IMG/VR virus record: IMGVR_UViG_3300034374_009254 | Span: 37,259-101,258 of that record | DNA length: 64,000 bases | Direction: 5' to 3' (one strand) | Source: a virus | Notes under the pieces: generated by a model | What the model was told of the DNA's origin: nothing | The model's input: only the letters and a program-made list of their open reading frames with translations | Databases searched by the model: none | Shown here: positions 32,601-41,916 of the stretch, piece by piece | How the letters are laid out: every line of letters begins with the position of its first letter | Numbering within the stretch: the first letter of the stretch is position 1 | Position numbers and translations under genes: made by a program

Positions 32601-33378
32601 CGGCGGGGCCAGTACTTCCTATTGGTCCAGTTGGTCCAGCAGGTCCCGTAGGTCCAGTTGGTCCAGCAGGGCCCGTGGGTCCTGCGGGTCCAGTAGCTCC
32701 TATATCTCCTGTATCTCCTTGAGGCCCATCATTTCCTATCGGTCCTTGAGGTCCGGCGGGACCAGTTAATCCAATAGGCCCAGTGGGTCCCGCGGGTCCA
32801 ATAGGTCCAGTAGGTCCAGTAGGTCCAGCAGGTCCTTGAGGGCCTTCTGGGCCTTCTGCACCATCATTTCCAGCAGGTCCTTGAGGGCCGGTAGGTCCAG
32901 TAGGGCCAGTTACAGAAGCTCCTGCGGGTCCAGTAGCTCCTTGAGGGCCATCATCACCTTTATCTCCTTGAGGCCCGACAGGGCCATCGGGTCCAATAGG
33001 TCCTTGAGGCCCAGTTAATCCAATAGCCCCAGTATCACCTTTATCTCCTTTAGGCCCAGTAGGTCCGGTAGCTCCAACTGGTCCTTGAGGGCCGGTTGTA
33101 CCTATACCAATAGGTCCTTGTGGTCCTTGTGGTCCTTGTGGTCCTGTAAGACCTTGAGGTCCAGTAGGTCCAGCTACTCCAGCAGGTCCTGAAGTACCGG
33201 TGGGGCCTGTGGGTCCTGCGTCTCCTGTCTCACCTTTTAATCCTGTGGGGCCAGTAATTACCCATTGCTGAGTATTTCCATCATCATAATAGATATACAT
33301 TCGAAGATTTACGCTATCAAACCATAAATCTCCATCACTTGGATTACTAGGCGCTGCTGCTGAAACTGTTGCTGCCAT
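29602..33378 (-). CDS. Collagen-like fibre protein
   Basis: Long near-uninterrupted Gly-X-Y run, three [16 protein letters not shown] repeats, degenerate cupredoxin-like domain, YDLGS fibre motifs. Confidence 0.85.
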   Translation of the reverse strand: MAATVSAAAPSNPSDGDLWFDSVNLRMYIYYDDGNTQQWVITGPTGLKGETGDAGPTGPTGTSGPAGVAGPTGPQGLTGPQGPQGPQGPIGIGTTGPQGPVGATGPTGPKGDKGDTGAIGLTGPQGPIGPDGPVGPQGDKGDDGPQGATGPAGASVTGPTGPTGPQGPAGNDGAEGPEGPQGPAGPTGPTGPIGPAGPTGPIGLTGPAGPQGPIGNDGPQGDTGDIGATGPAGPTGPAGPTGPTGPAGPTGPIGSTGPAGPQGPQGPAGPIGNDGPQGDTGETGATGPAGPAGPVGATGATGPAGPTGPIGNTGPQGPQGPIGPTGPTGNDGPQGQTGAQGPVGPQGEKGDTGNTGPTGPVGPAGPTGATGIQGPAGPQGPQGADGLDGAQGPAGPVGLTGPQGNQGLGFTGGSYTASTGIVTFSSDDGLGFSTADLRGDGNRGISSAIVDVNDDLILTLADSTTINAGPVVGPTGATGATGPTGPAGTNGTGFTGGSYTVSTGVVTFTSDDGLGFSTGDLRGDGNRGISSATVNANDDLILTLADSTTINAGTVVGPQGPTGPTGPTGPTGATGPAGADGADGVDGADGTNGTDGTGFTGGSYDISTGTVTFTSDDGLGFSTGDLRGVNGVDGADGADGASSIVFDVEPTYTSGTPSAFSFSGAGFPVARTNPDLYLQKGITYYFDPGDFDSLSPITSSDGWAFSSSNYITSADSINGQTFPAQAHTDTQFEGNSQTTTQGVYVFTAAGAGNYVRLYTKTYFLLSSNWYRKAYTASPTFNVKEGYVLTWEKINSYHERTSEKEVRAQFWLVDITNGGFYRAYPQNSEGYYIGTSSSATSYSYTFTTTGQYRWVALLGVLDLGNNSGDSTEVYADFGNFELSSGHPLWIQSTSGAYDAANVLGATDGVTNNGADRDRVSFTVPLDAPSTLYYVDENHSAMAGTIYTSDAGSGGSSSSITDGTSTLDFDSNNNLRLDTHFLPSTSVSYDLGSATQKWRYLYLDNNTIFMGDQTLSTDSSGQLVLGETMDFGGEGTGGVAYVDWQTGNKLVIRTNGPGAPTESPFNEKFASIKKDDSFELLTGAAISGETDANGNFPANTTLKATGAATFTAVSFAGDPNYYYDWEIPVDTVPGSNVYVYTFNLKRSPISEVTQIIKAGTTIDASALTGNLPALGMSGSLIPDTNAQYDLGSAEYKIRHLYLSDNTIYSDSGNIKVAQHQAGGAPSTSTRLISTAKLKEIAAASPDYGAFQAAIAALEDN
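32150..33255 (-). repeat. Gly-X-Y (GPT/GPQ/GPA) coding repeat
   Basis: 9-nt periodic GGTCC-rich repeats on the + strand encoding collagen triplets. Confidence 0.9.
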
Positions 33379-36300
33379 TTACGCTGCTCCGTAGGGGCTT
33401 AAAATGCCGCCTGCTCTTTTTTGATTTTGAAGTTCTCTCTGTACCGCTGCTGCAACTGCAGTTCCTAACTGATTTGCATCTTGTCCGTTGCTACTTTGAG
33501 TTCTGCTTCCAGCTCCAGAGTTATCCATACTAATATTTACGGTTACATTATTATTTTGGCCACCGCCACCTTTCATCTCTACAGGTATTTCTCTGCCGTT
33601 TGGTAATGGTACTACTGCTTCTGTTCCGTGCATGATTACAGGATACCCTGCATTCGGCCCTTTAAAGACACCTCCGATTGCTGCCATTTGAGGTGCTTCT
33701 GTATAGCCTCCATATCTGTAACCTCGTGGCTTGACGATTCCACCGTATCTCATCTTTGGACCGCTTGGGGACGCAACTCCACCATCTGCCATTCCCATTG
33801 CTGCCATAATTGCTCTTTGAATAAGAAGTTTAATTATTATTCTCATAATGTCGGCAATCATTGCTTTTGCCATCTCGCCAAAAGCTTGTTTTACTGATTT
33901 AGTCCCATCCATAATAGACATAAAGGCATCTGTGAAGCCTGAAGTAAGAGTATCAGGCATATTAGCCATGTACTCATTCAACTCACCGTCTCCAAAAGTA
34001 TCATTTAATTTCTGCTTCATTATCTCTAGCTGTTCATTTGCAGCCGCAAGTCCATCACTCACCTCGGAACTTGCTAAAGTTTTCGCAGTATCTCTCATAG
34101 AGCCTTCACCAGTGTCTCCATAAGCGTCTGCTTGTGTTTCTAGCCTGCCGGCCATTTCGTTTGTTCTTGTAACTAGAGAATCTTGAGAGGGATCTTGCTT
34201 ATCCTGTCTTAATGCTTCTGATCGTTCCAAAGCTAGTCGTCGAAGTCTTGTTGCTTCAAGATCTGTTTGTAGCGCTAAAAGATCGTATTCTAAATCAATT
34301 GCTTGATTTTTTGCTGCTAGTTGCGCTGCGGACTGTTGCTCCATTCTAGCTATTAAAGCTTCCTGTGCTGCTATTTGGTCTTTTAGAGTTAGTCCTTCAT
34401 TAATAAAGCCTCCCTGCATAGGAGTTCGACTTCTTTCTCTGCTTGCTGCATTTATTTCTCTTTGAAGTTGCTTATCCTTAAGATCTGCAATATTTTGCTC
34501 CATCTGTAGACGCTTACTGATAACATCATTTAGAGTTTTTGCTACTTGTGTTAATTGTATTTCTTTTTGCAATAAATCTGCTTGTTGATCAAGGTCTCGT
34601 AATTTCATTGCAACCGTTTCTTGTTCTTGTTTTATTTCAAGAATAGCTTTTTCTTTCTCAATTTGCTGTTCTAGTGCATATATTACTTCATCTCTCGCAG
34701 CTACTTCGTCTGCATTTAATAAAGCTCGAGTTTTTTGTAAGTATCTCAATTCATTTTCTTTAAGAGCAATTGAAGCCATTGCGGCTAGTTCATCGTCTAA
34801 AAACTTTTGTCTAGCCTGTGCGAATCTATCTAACATTCCTGCTGTTTTTTCACGCCTAATAGCATCTTCGTTACCCAAGCGTATAGCGTCTCTTCTATTC
34901 GAAATTTCGTCTTGCACAAATGCTAAGAATTGGTCGTTTGTCATACCCATTTTTTCGGAGAGAGCATCTAAATCTTTTTGAAGTTTTTCGGATAAAGCTC
35001 CTGGGCCTATCTTATTTTGAGCATCTTTGAGTGTCTTTTGAATTTGTAATATTTTCATTGAAAGAGACGCAGGATCGCTAGGATCTCGCATTGCATCCTC
35101 AAGGCCGGTTAGTTGTTCTTCAAAAGACGTTAAAGTCCCTAAGCTATCATTTGCAGCACTTTGTAATTCTGCGAAAGATTCTGCCCAAGTATTTATAGGC
35201 TGCTGAAGTATTTGAGCAACTCTAGGAGAGACAGTGGCTAGCTTTTCTAACTCGGGATTTAGCTTCTTCAAAAGTTTGTTAGCTTCGTCTGTTGCACCAC
35301 TAGCCTGCATACGGGCAATATCGGTAACTTTCTCCATTATACTTTCTAAGGGAAGAGTTGCCATGGCAGTTATTCTCATACGATCTTGTTTTGCAAAAGC
35401 TTCTAAAGCATCTTTATCGTCACCTGCCTTTAATGAATTGAATCCTTGCTTTTGAACTTTGTTCATGCCTTTTACAATTCCATCAATATCTCCCGACATA
35501 TTTTTAATAGCGTCTCCTGCGCTGTCTGCAGCAGATTTTAATTCTTTATGTTTTTCTATTAAAACTGAAGTTTGAGCTAAAGCTTTTCCAAGGTCTGAAT
35601 TTTTATAGGTATCTTCCATACCAAAAAACTTTGCTACCTTTCTGAACATGCCGTCTAATGCTTGGGTAAACTCCATAGCAAGACTACCAAATATTTGAGC
35701 CAGTCCAACTACGGATAGAATTCTTACTACTTTCATGAAAGCATTTCCAACTGCATTTGCCATATTTATCATAGCAGTTGTAGCTGTTCTGGTTGCAGCT
35801 ACCAAGCCTGACAGCATAATTTTTCCAAACGTCTGAATATTTTTAAAACTTAACTTCCATCGACCTTCTGTAATCTTGACCCTACTATCTATCTTGGCAA
35901 ACGCCGAGTTCATTTCTTGAACTACTGAAATATGTACACCCTTAAATACTCCGGACATTACTCTACCAGAAGCATCAACATTTTGCTCTGCTTTTTTCAA
36001 GAATCTTTTTAAGTTGGCTTGATCTACTTTTGCAAGACTATCTATTCCCCCTGCAGCTACTTTTTTCAACAATGCACTACTTGAGCCTTGGTCTAAAGCT
36101 TTTTGTGCAGATCCTTGAAGAGTTTTTTTGGCGGCCTCTTTTAGTTTTTTCTGGGCTGCTTCGGAACGCTCAATTTGAGTTCGATAAGCTTCCATGTCAT
36201 TTTTTGCCTGAGTCGCAGCCTTGCTATGGGAAGCCGCCCAGTCATCAACTTTTGCTTGAAGTCCTGATAAATTAAACGCCGCTTTTAAAATAGATAAAGA

Positions 36301-37182
36301 AAATAGTCCAAAAACTGTAATAGTAGCTGCAATATTATTAGAAATAATATCAGCTATTCCTGATATTACAGGTAAGAATTTTTGAGTGACTGTCTTAATT
36401 AAATCTTCAAATGCTTTATCTAACTTAATGAACGGGTTGGCCGCCGCTTCATTTTGAAAAATTTCATCTAATTGTCTTTGAGTTTCTAATAAGACTGCTT
36501 GGCTTCTTTGCGCCTCAGTTAGAGCTTTAGCTTCTAGACCTAATGCATCTGCGTAGCTTTTAGTTGCTCTTTCCAGTCTTAAAGTAATTCCTAATTCGTC
36601 TAAAAGTTCAGGTTCTGCTTTAGATACGCCTCGTACCAGTCTATCAAAAGCATCTGCAAAATCTCTACCAAGAGCTACAGAGGCTCTCATTGCACCCTCT
36701 GCTAATTTATTTAATTGCTCTGGAGAAAACCCTTTTGCTGTACCAATAGCAGCAGCTTGAGCAGCTTCTCTGAAACCTAACATTCCTTGGCTTGCTTCTC
36801 TTAATCCGTTAGTAACAGAAGCCATTGCAATACCTGTTGTTTGTGCAAAAGAAAGTTGACTTTTTTCCAAGTTTTCTAGTTGAGACGCATTTTTAAAAAA
36901 GTTAAATGCAGCACTTAATGCAAATAAGTTAGCTGCAAGAGTTGCATACGCAGGAACAAGGCCCCCAGTTATGCCTTGAGCCATCTTAGAAAAGTTTTTT
37001 GTACTATTTGAAGAAGTACGTGCAGTCCCTTTTAGCTGTCTTTCAGCATTTCTAGAACTAGTTTCTAATCCTTCTGTTGCTGCATCTGCTCCTTTTAAAG
37101 CTTTTTCTAGCTTTTTAGCAGAGACCGTGGCTTTTTGCATTTTGCCATTGACTTCAATATCAATTTGTATTTTTTTCGCCAT
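33379..37182 (-). CDS. Tape measure protein (T5 pb2-like)
   Basis: Long helical protein; GGLVPAYATLAANLFA and GVSKAEPELLDELGITLRL motifs; follows the chaperones. Confidence 0.92.
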   Translation of the reverse strand: MAKKIQIDIEVNGKMQKATVSAKKLEKALKGADAATEGLETSSRNAERQLKGTARTSSNSTKNFSKMAQGITGGLVPAYATLAANLFALSAAFNFFKNASQLENLEKSQLSFAQTTGIAMASVTNGLREASQGMLGFREAAQAAAIGTAKGFSPEQLNKLAEGAMRASVALGRDFADAFDRLVRGVSKAEPELLDELGITLRLERATKSYADALGLEAKALTEAQRSQAVLLETQRQLDEIFQNEAAANPFIKLDKAFEDLIKTVTQKFLPVISGIADIISNNIAATITVFGLFSLSILKAAFNLSGLQAKVDDWAASHSKAATQAKNDMEAYRTQIERSEAAQKKLKEAAKKTLQGSAQKALDQGSSSALLKKVAAGGIDSLAKVDQANLKRFLKKAEQNVDASGRVMSGVFKGVHISVVQEMNSAFAKIDSRVKITEGRWKLSFKNIQTFGKIMLSGLVAATRTATTAMINMANAVGNAFMKVVRILSVVGLAQIFGSLAMEFTQALDGMFRKVAKFFGMEDTYKNSDLGKALAQTSVLIEKHKELKSAADSAGDAIKNMSGDIDGIVKGMNKVQKQGFNSLKAGDDKDALEAFAKQDRMRITAMATLPLESIMEKVTDIARMQASGATDEANKLLKKLNPELEKLATVSPRVAQILQQPINTWAESFAELQSAANDSLGTLTSFEEQLTGLEDAMRDPSDPASLSMKILQIQKTLKDAQNKIGPGALSEKLQKDLDALSEKMGMTNDQFLAFVQDEISNRRDAIRLGNEDAIRREKTAGMLDRFAQARQKFLDDELAAMASIALKENELRYLQKTRALLNADEVAARDEVIYALEQQIEKEKAILEIKQEQETVAMKLRDLDQQADLLQKEIQLTQVAKTLNDVISKRLQMEQNIADLKDKQLQREINAASRERSRTPMQGGFINEGLTLKDQIAAQEALIARMEQQSAAQLAAKNQAIDLEYDLLALQTDLEATRLRRLALERSEALRQDKQDPSQDSLVTRTNEMAGRLETQADAYGDTGEGSMRDTAKTLASSEVSDGLAAANEQLEIMKQKLNDTFGDGELNEYMANMPDTLTSGFTDAFMSIMDGTKSVKQAFGEMAKAMIADIMRIIIKLLIQRAIMAAMGMADGGVASPSGPKMRYGGIVKPRGYRYGGYTEAPQMAAIGGVFKGPNAGYPVIMHGTEAVVPLPNGREIPVEMKGGGGQNNNVTVNISMDNSGAGSRTQSSNGQDANQLGTAVAAAVQRELQNQKRAGGILSPYGAA

Positions 37183-37612
37183 TAGCCTTTTACATTATGG
37201 GTGTAATTTTTTCCACCGCCTGCTTGTGTTTGTCGCTCTGCTTGTTTTCTTTGTTTTTCTGCTTTATCTAACTTTTCTGAAACTATAATAGTTTCATACA
37301 TTTTCATAAAATATAAAACCGTTGTTCGATTTTCTACTTGGTACATATCGAATAAAAATGCTATTCCTTCCCAGACTTTTCCCAAATAAGTGCCGCTCAT
37401 GCCTTCGTAGCGATCGGGTAGTAGCCCTAATATAAAAAATGCCACTTGAACTTCCTCTGGAAAATCAGAGAGTTCGAGCGGCATTTTAGCAGGATCAGGT
37501 TCTTGACCTAGTTGTTCACAAATTGTAAGATATTTTTCAACATCTATCTTAGAATCTGTTTGTTTTGCATGACGTTCTAGTAGCTTTTGTATTTCTGCTA
37601 CTTGTTCCCAGT
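37182..37612 (-). CDS. Tail assembly chaperone frameshift extension (gpT-like), expressed as a -1 fusion to 37598-38020
   Basis: The -1 frame after the slippery site is open (YWEQVAEIQKLL...PDPAKMPLELSDF) and continuous with ORF 37182-37484. Confidence 0.85.
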
Positions 37613-38020
37613 AAAATTTTCAAGGTCACCAACAACCTCGGTAATCCATGTATCAAAATCTCCAGAGTTCTTCATAAGAAGCTCTGCGTTGTCTTGTGTA
37701 AAAGGGAGTTCATCATCAGGGTCAAGCTCTGCCACATCTACCAAAAGAAGCTCTTCTAGGTATCGAAATTTGAGGCCCGACCAGCCTTTAATAACACCTT
37801 TTACATACTCAACTAGAAATAAATCTTCGTTCAGCTCTTCTTCGGGCTGACGAGTCTTACGATTAAACTTAGTAGTAACACAACGTTTACGAAGTTTAAG
37901 AAGCTCTTCTCGAGCTAAATAAGTAACATCTACTGTGAAATCCGGGAACCCGGGGAAATCCATAGTAACTGTTTTGCTTGGAGTCATTAGACTCGACAGA
38001 GAAATTGGGGAATCACTCAT
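37598..38020 (-). CDS. Tail assembly chaperone (gpG-like)
   Basis: Between tail tube and TMP; IKGWSGL and AELLMKNS motifs. Confidence 0.85.
   Translation of the reverse strand: MSDSPISLSSLMTPSKTVTMDFPGFPDFTVDVTYLAREELLKLRKRCVTTKFNRKTRQPEEELNEDLFLVEYVKGVIKGWSGLKFRYLEELLLVDVAELDPDDELPFTQDNAELLMKNSGDFDTWITEVVGDLENFTGNK
37613..37619 (-). promoter_or_regulatory. -1 ribosomal frameshift slippery heptamer A AAT TTT
   Basis: X XXY YYZ heptamer in frame near the end of the chaperone gene. Confidence 0.85.
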
Positions 38021-38064
38021 TAAATACGACCTCTTGTAAAAGAATATTTTATTTTTGAATTATA

Positions 38065-38093
38065 AGTATAATATATTATACCATAAATGTCAA
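38065..38093 (-). promoter_or_regulatory. Sigma70 promoter
   Basis: TTGACA-17-TATACT. Confidence 0.8.
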
Positions 38094-38112
38094 GAAAAAT
38101 TTTTGAAAGGTT

Positions 38113-38133
38113 AAAAGGGGCCGAAGCCCCTTT
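38113..38133 (-). terminator. Intrinsic terminator after the tail tube gene
   Basis: AAAGGGGC-TTCG-GCCCCTTTT. Confidence 0.85.
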
Positions 38134-38141
38134 AGCAAAGA

Positions 38142-39443
38142 TTACGCTGAATAAACGTAAGTGACTGTAGCTTCGTCTGCTGCATCCAAGCTGGAAGGCA
38201 GTGCATGCCAATTTGTTTCGAGAGAAATAACATCTTCGATTCCGTGAGTTGGAATTTCAAGATGACAGTTATCAAAATTAAATTCGACACGAGGCGCCAA
38301 AGAGCCTCCTACAGAAAATGCAAGATCAAATCGGTTACTAGTAACTCCTGTCGAAGCTGACAAATCTCGGAAAAGCTCTGCACTTGTATGTAGGGTACCG
38401 CTTCCTGCATTAGCAGTCAAACCTGCGTCAGTTTTTAGCCCGGAATCATCTAAGTAACAAGTGAATGATCCAGAAATTGATCTAGTGCCTGTAACGTGGC
38501 CGATTGGAACATTAACTCGACACAACTCCTCTGGAGTTAGGAAAGTAATATTGTTCTCGAATGTAATACTTCCGCCTGTAAGAGTAAGGCTGTAAGTATC
38601 ATCATACTCGTTTGGAGCGCCGGGATCTTGGTCTACATTTGCAGTAGTTACTGCAAGAGTTGTGAGACGGTTTTTAATAAAGTTATCCGTTGAAGTAGTA
38701 CCAACTTTGAGAGCGCTAGAAGCATTAAATGCAGTGTCATAAATAGTAGAGCCAGTTGTGGACATTGCTATCTGCTCTAAAAGAGTTCCGAAACCGCTCC
38801 AAGTAATTTGAGTGATTCCATCAATATCAAATTCAACCGTTGCTGAATTTACAACACAATTTGACATTTTGTATACAGTTTGTCCATTAGGACTTGCAAA
38901 AGCTGCATCATTTGCTCCTGGTGCACAACCACCAAGGACAAAATAAAGATTAAAAGTACCTAATTCAACTGTATTTGAATCTTCAAAGTCAAATGTTGCG
39001 GATACAGGTGCAGACGTGCTTCTTGTTACTCCTGCATTACCAGTATCTGACAAACGACGCCAATCTCCAGGGGTCGTAGTAGGGGTTGGCTGTGCAACAA
39101 AGTACGTGTTTCCAATAAAACTAGCCCATAAAGCTTCTTCTACTGCACCTGCTATACTAGTGGGTCGAGCATACGTAGTGAAACTCCACTCCGCGGGTTC
39201 TAAAGCATCATTGAACATTGCTCTACCTCTACGAGTTTCGAGCGCTGTATTTTTTGCCATTTCATTCAGAGTAATCTCTGAAGTTGCAACAGACTGACTA
39301 AAAGAAAATCCATCTAGTACAGGAATCTGCCAAAGATGAACATTATTATCAGCAGTTCCGCTGACTAAAGCTTGTAAATTTGTTTGATCTTTTTCAAGAT
39401 AAACATGAGTATTTCTACTCAGTTGTAAATTTGCCGCTGGCAT
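38142..39443 (-). CDS. Major tail tube protein (T5 pb6-like)
   Basis: IPVLDGFSFSQ, FNDALEPAEWSFTTYARP, LTPEEL..VN.PIGHVTGTRSISGS motifs. Confidence 0.92.
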   Translation of the reverse strand: MPAANLQLSRNTHVYLEKDQTNLQALVSGTADNNVHLWQIPVLDGFSFSQSVATSEITLNEMAKNTALETRRGRAMFNDALEPAEWSFTTYARPTSIAGAVEEALWASFIGNTYFVAQPTPTTTPGDWRRLSDTGNAGVTRSTSAPVSATFDFEDSNTVELGTFNLYFVLGGCAPGANDAAFASPNGQTVYKMSNCVVNSATVEFDIDGITQITWSGFGTLLEQIAMSTTGSTIYDTAFNASSALKVGTTSTDNFIKNRLTTLAVTTANVDQDPGAPNEYDDTYSLTLTGGSITFENNITFLTPEELCRVNVPIGHVTGTRSISGSFTCYLDDSGLKTDAGLTANAGSGTLHTSAELFRDLSASTGVTSNRFDLAFSVGGSLAPRVEFNFDNCHLEIPTHGIEDVISLETNWHALPSSLDAADEATVTYVYSA

Positions 39444-39506
39444 AGTTTTCTCCTATGTAGCTTGAAAAGACTTGGACGTGAATCCTTTGATTCGTGCCAG
39501 TATTTT

Positions 39507-39974
39507 CTAATATCGAACCTCTAATAGCATTTCTCCCACTCCTAAAGGTTCAAGTACTCCTTCATCAGTGTCTATACTGACAATAGAAATTTGGTGGGTG
39601 TATTGTGTATTTCCAGTAGGCTGTTGATTATCAATATATTCTAGCCTACTATTATCTTCGATTACAGTTTCTACATCCTCTAATAGTTTTTCCAATGCTT
39701 CTACAGCATCTTCTTCATTTACGTAGCAACGAATGGTTACACTTAAAAATCTATCTCGGTAACCCCCTCCTTGGTACTCTCGGGTCTCACTTCCGGCATT
39801 TAAATGAATAGCAGGAAACTCAGTTACTTCATCCCAAAATTTTAATCGAGGGTGTACATTATTAAAAACATTAGTATGAAAGCCTCCGTTTGCATCTATA
39901 GCTTTTAGTTTATCCACCAAAGCATTTATAATTGCCATTCGGCGAGTACTATAGCGTCTAGCATGGTTGGTCAC
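39507..39974 (-). CDS. Tail terminator protein (T5 p142-like)
   Basis: KFWDEV.EFP, ETREY, IDTDEGVLEPLGVGE motifs; synteny. Confidence 0.85.
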   Translation of the reverse strand: MTNHARRYSTRRMAIINALVDKLKAIDANGGFHTNVFNNVHPRLKFWDEVTEFPAIHLNAGSETREYQGGGYRDRFLSVTIRCYVNEEDAVEALEKLLEDVETVIEDNSRLEYIDNQQPTGNTQYTHQISIVSIDTDEGVLEPLGVGEMLLEVRY

Positions 39975-41270
39975 TTACATTCTCCTTGTATAGAATCTCC
40001 CGATTGCCATGCCTGCAGCAATTTCTCTAATAGACTTATCAATTAAGCGTCTAGGGTCTCTTTCTTGGGTTCCCCTGCTATTTCCTAATTCATATACTTG
40101 ATATGGATCTCTTTGATACGTATATCCAATACTTGGAAATCCTTGTCTTGTTTGACTAATATCCGTTATTCTAACACTACTAGCAAATCTGCCTGTTTGG
40201 TACTGTAGTGCGGGAGGTTGCATATTTTTTGCTACAACTTGTGGTAATTTTTGATTTAAAACCCCTATAAAAGTTGCTATAGAATAGTCGGACTTTTTTA
40301 CAGGAGCTTTTCGTTTTTTTGCTGGTTTTCCTTTGGTTACAGGTAGTATTTTTGCATTTTTTCTAAGAGTACTAGATTTTCGTTGACTTGTTTTTGAAAC
40401 CTTTTGTTTTTTAACATTTATTTTTTTTATTTTTACATTACTTCCTGTAAAAGCATTCTCTACTGCATTTATAACTAAATTTATTGTATTCTTTTCTACC
40501 TCTTCAACGAAAGAGTCAGAGCTTGATAAAGTTGCTACAGACTCTAGTTTGCCTATTGCTTTTTCTAAATCTACTAAAAGTTGTTCCTTTATTTTTCTTT
40601 CTTGTGTTCGTCCTTTTAGCCTATTTGCAAAAGAAGATTCTAAAGAAACTACTATTGTTTTTCGTCTGTTGTCTTTTTTTAAAACAAAAATATTTTCTAA
40701 TTCTGGTATTTTTGGAATATTAGGGGGCAGCTCCCCATGTCCTAATAATTCATCATAAATTCTTTCTTTAATATTCGAAGTTTGTTCTCCGTGTCCTATA
40801 TCTAAAAAAGAAGTATCTTTTAAAGTAGTTCCTTTTTTAGTATAAATTTTTCTCATATCTGATAAAAATTTGGTATTTGCACCAGAATAAAAATCTTTTA
40901 CAAGTCTGAAAGTATCTCCTACAGTTGTTCCTCTTAAATTAACATAAGTTGCTATCAACTCCATTGTAATTAAAACATATTTAGAAGAAACTCTTTTTGA
41001 ATGAACAACTAAAAATTTATTGGACTCTGCTTTTTTTGCTAAATTTTGTACACTTGTAAAAAAATCGTCCGTAGCTTTTCGTATTGCTTCTCTACTATTT
41101 AAAATCCCATCTTGCTCTGCTTGAACTACTACTTGATTGTAAAGACCTTCTTTAGTTATAAACAAAGTGTGGGGTTTTCTATTAGTTACTGTATTTCTAT
41201 ATGTTTGGCTAGATTTTTGCATTTCGGCTTCTAACTTTCTTAAAAACCCTAGTAAATTTTTTCCAGCCAT
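39975..41270 (-). CDS. Tail completion/neck protein (T5 p143-like)
   Basis: C-terminal TGRFASSV...YQRDPYQVYE...RDPRRLIDKSIREIA. Confidence 0.8.
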   Translation of the reverse strand: MAGKNLLGFLRKLEAEMQKSSQTYRNTVTNRKPHTLFITKEGLYNQVVVQAEQDGILNSREAIRKATDDFFTSVQNLAKKAESNKFLVVHSKRVSSKYVLITMELIATYVNLRGTTVGDTFRLVKDFYSGANTKFLSDMRKIYTKKGTTLKDTSFLDIGHGEQTSNIKERIYDELLGHGELPPNIPKIPELENIFVLKKDNRRKTIVVSLESSFANRLKGRTQERKIKEQLLVDLEKAIGKLESVATLSSSDSFVEEVEKNTINLVINAVENAFTGSNVKIKKINVKKQKVSKTSQRKSSTLRKNAKILPVTKGKPAKKRKAPVKKSDYSIATFIGVLNQKLPQVVAKNMQPPALQYQTGRFASSVRITDISQTRQGFPSIGYTYQRDPYQVYELGNSRGTQERDPRRLIDKSIREIAAGMAIGRFYTRRM

Positions 41271-41860
41271 TAGAAGTTTTTATACAAATCTAGTACGCGT
41301 TTGATATGATCGGGAAAAGCTACGCTACTATCTTGACGAGCAGATTGTGGATTTTGCAGTGTAGCTCCAGCAAGCGTTCGTCTTTCTTTGTATTCGTCTC
41401 TTGCATAATATGTTACAAGATCAATTACTGCAAGTTTTAAATCAAGAGGAGTAGATTGATAGCCTGCTCGATACGTAACTTGAACAGCCCCGGGACCTCG
41501 TGCCCAGTGTTTTTCTGCCCCAGTAGAAGATATACGAAAAATACTATCAGTATCCATATCTAAGTAATAATCTTCATTTACTGTTAAAGTCTGGTAGGCT
41601 GAAGATAAGTTGTCTCTTTCTTCTACAAGACTAACAGAAACTAAAGGAGTTTCTGTTAGCTGTATTATATCTGTACCCCATTTGTGGTGAAAAGTCTCTA
41701 CTTTATTAACATTATAAAAGTCTAAGAAACTTGTTGCACAATAAGTTTTTACTAATACACTCACTGAAGAAATTAGTCGCTGAAGATTATAGTCATCTTT
41801 CGGATTGGAAATTCTTTCCATATCCTTGTATTCTTGTAATGTAATTAAATCTTTAGCCAT
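41270..41860 (-). CDS. Head completion / head-tail adaptor (T5 p144-like)
   Basis: LITLQEYK, VTYRAGY..TPLDLKLAV, FPDHIKRVLDLYK; start placed at MAKDL downstream of a terminator. Confidence 0.88.
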   Translation of the reverse strand: MAKDLITLQEYKDMERISNPKDDYNLQRLISSVSVLVKTYCATSFLDFYNVNKVETFHHKWGTDIIQLTETPLVSVSLVEERDNLSSAYQTLTVNEDYYLDMDTDSIFRISSTGAEKHWARGPGAVQVTYRAGYQSTPLDLKLAVIDLVTYYARDEYKERRTLAGATLQNPQSARQDSSVAFPDHIKRVLDLYKNF

Positions 41861-41871
41861 AAGTATATAAG

Positions 41872-41899
41872 TAAAAACTTGGGGAGGCGAACCTCCCCA
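41872..41899 (-). terminator. Intrinsic terminator after the capsid gene
   Basis: TGGGGAGG-TTCG-CCTCCCCA followed by AGTTTTT. Confidence 0.8.
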
Positions 41900-41916
41900 C
41901 GTTCCAAACCCTGATA

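Noticed and set aside
32150-33255. Dense short direct repeats resembling a CRISPR or satellite
   Set aside because: 9-nt periodicity is fully explained by Gly-X-Y codons; no constant repeat with unique spacers
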